From Amphiscolops sp. MND2022 (Eukaryota): a stretch of DNA of 64,000 nt. Below the pieces are notes generated by a model. That model ran no database searches. It was not told the DNA's origin and was given only the letters and a program-made list of their open reading frames with translations. Of the stretch, positions 63,466 through 64,000 are shown one piece after another; positions within the stretch are counted from its first letter, which is position 1; every line of letters starts with the position of its first letter. The stretch spans positions 68,882,001 through 68,946,000 of the forward strand of contig OZ076414.1 of assembly GCA_964187785.1 (NCBI GenBank), read 5' to 3'. Both the position numbers and the translations under genes were made by a program.

Positions 63466-64000
63466 TGTGATAATCCTCTCCTGTGCGGTCCTCATTTATG
63501 ACCACAGAGTCATTCAAATCTATGTTTTGGATGTTTGAATGTTGCATCGGTGTTCTGAGTTCATCATTATTTGATGGCCTGAAAGGATTACCCTGTGTTC
63601 TGTTTTCTCGATTTTCGATATCAGATGCGTTTAATTCATCGTCGCCGTTGTTTACATTTTTTGAAGTCCATGCTTTTGGGGTGTTTTGCTCTTGAAATTT
63701 CTTGCCAGGTACAAAGTGTGTTCTTATGTTATTTTTCATCACCTTCAGCATTTTCTCTAGTTTCTCATGCATTTCTTTTCTTAAGTCTACTACTTTATTT
63801 GTTTTGTCACATATTCTTTGGGTCCAAAGTTGCATTTCATTTTCATTCTTCTGTGAACCGCTAGTTAATGCTCTTTCTTCGTCCCTAACTGAACTAAAAT
63901 TTTCAAAATAACTAAGAGTTTCAATAACAGTGTCATAACCTTGTGATGTCTCTACTTCGGATGTGCTCAACTCTCTCTCTCAAGTGCGTGTGATTGCGCT
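63466..64000 (-). repeat. Probable LTR 3' part carrying a gag-like coiled-coil ORF (continues beyond window)
   Basis: ORF ...WTQRICDKTNKVVDLRKEMHEKLE...NPFRPS...INEDRTGEDYH reaches GGATTATCACA at 63466, a candidate terminal CA; the ORF runs on to 63365. Confidence 0.4.

Noticed and set aside
1-64000. tRNA/rRNA genes
   Set aside because: Only 18-nt PBS complements are seen; no cloverleaf or rRNA signature was found.

Overview
AT-rich, repeat-dominated eukaryotic DNA, probably from an invertebrate; the organism cannot be established from sequence alone. No intact host gene is recognisable. The main feature is an ~18 kb decayed Ty3/Gypsy LTR retrotransposon (13439-31402; 705/706-bp LTRs, ~95% identical by eye) encoding gag and PR-RT-RH-IN. 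It carries unusual cargo. Pol has a C-terminal extension with an AT-hook, a CxxC-x4-CxC cluster and a TARG1/OARD1-like macrodomain. A separate ~1350-codon ORF3 sits in the env position behind a splice-acceptor-like site; it contains a degenerate SGNH-hydrolase-like domain and ~500 aa of unknown sequence. Two related LTR elements lacking gag-pol (1-5736 and 43116-51721) and a solo LTR (40015-40786) share two atypical signatures. First, a tRNA-Arg-type PBS lies exactly 16 nt from the LTR end in 3/3 cases. Second, the target-site duplications are 3 bp (or 5 bp overlapping one terminus) in 3/3 cases. The rest is MITEs with 8-bp TSDs, Helentron-type HINEs, foldback palindromes, a decayed minus-strand Gypsy, LTR remnants, a few exon-like fragments and a CRE-palindrome cluster. 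All alignments and identities are by eye; no searches were run.
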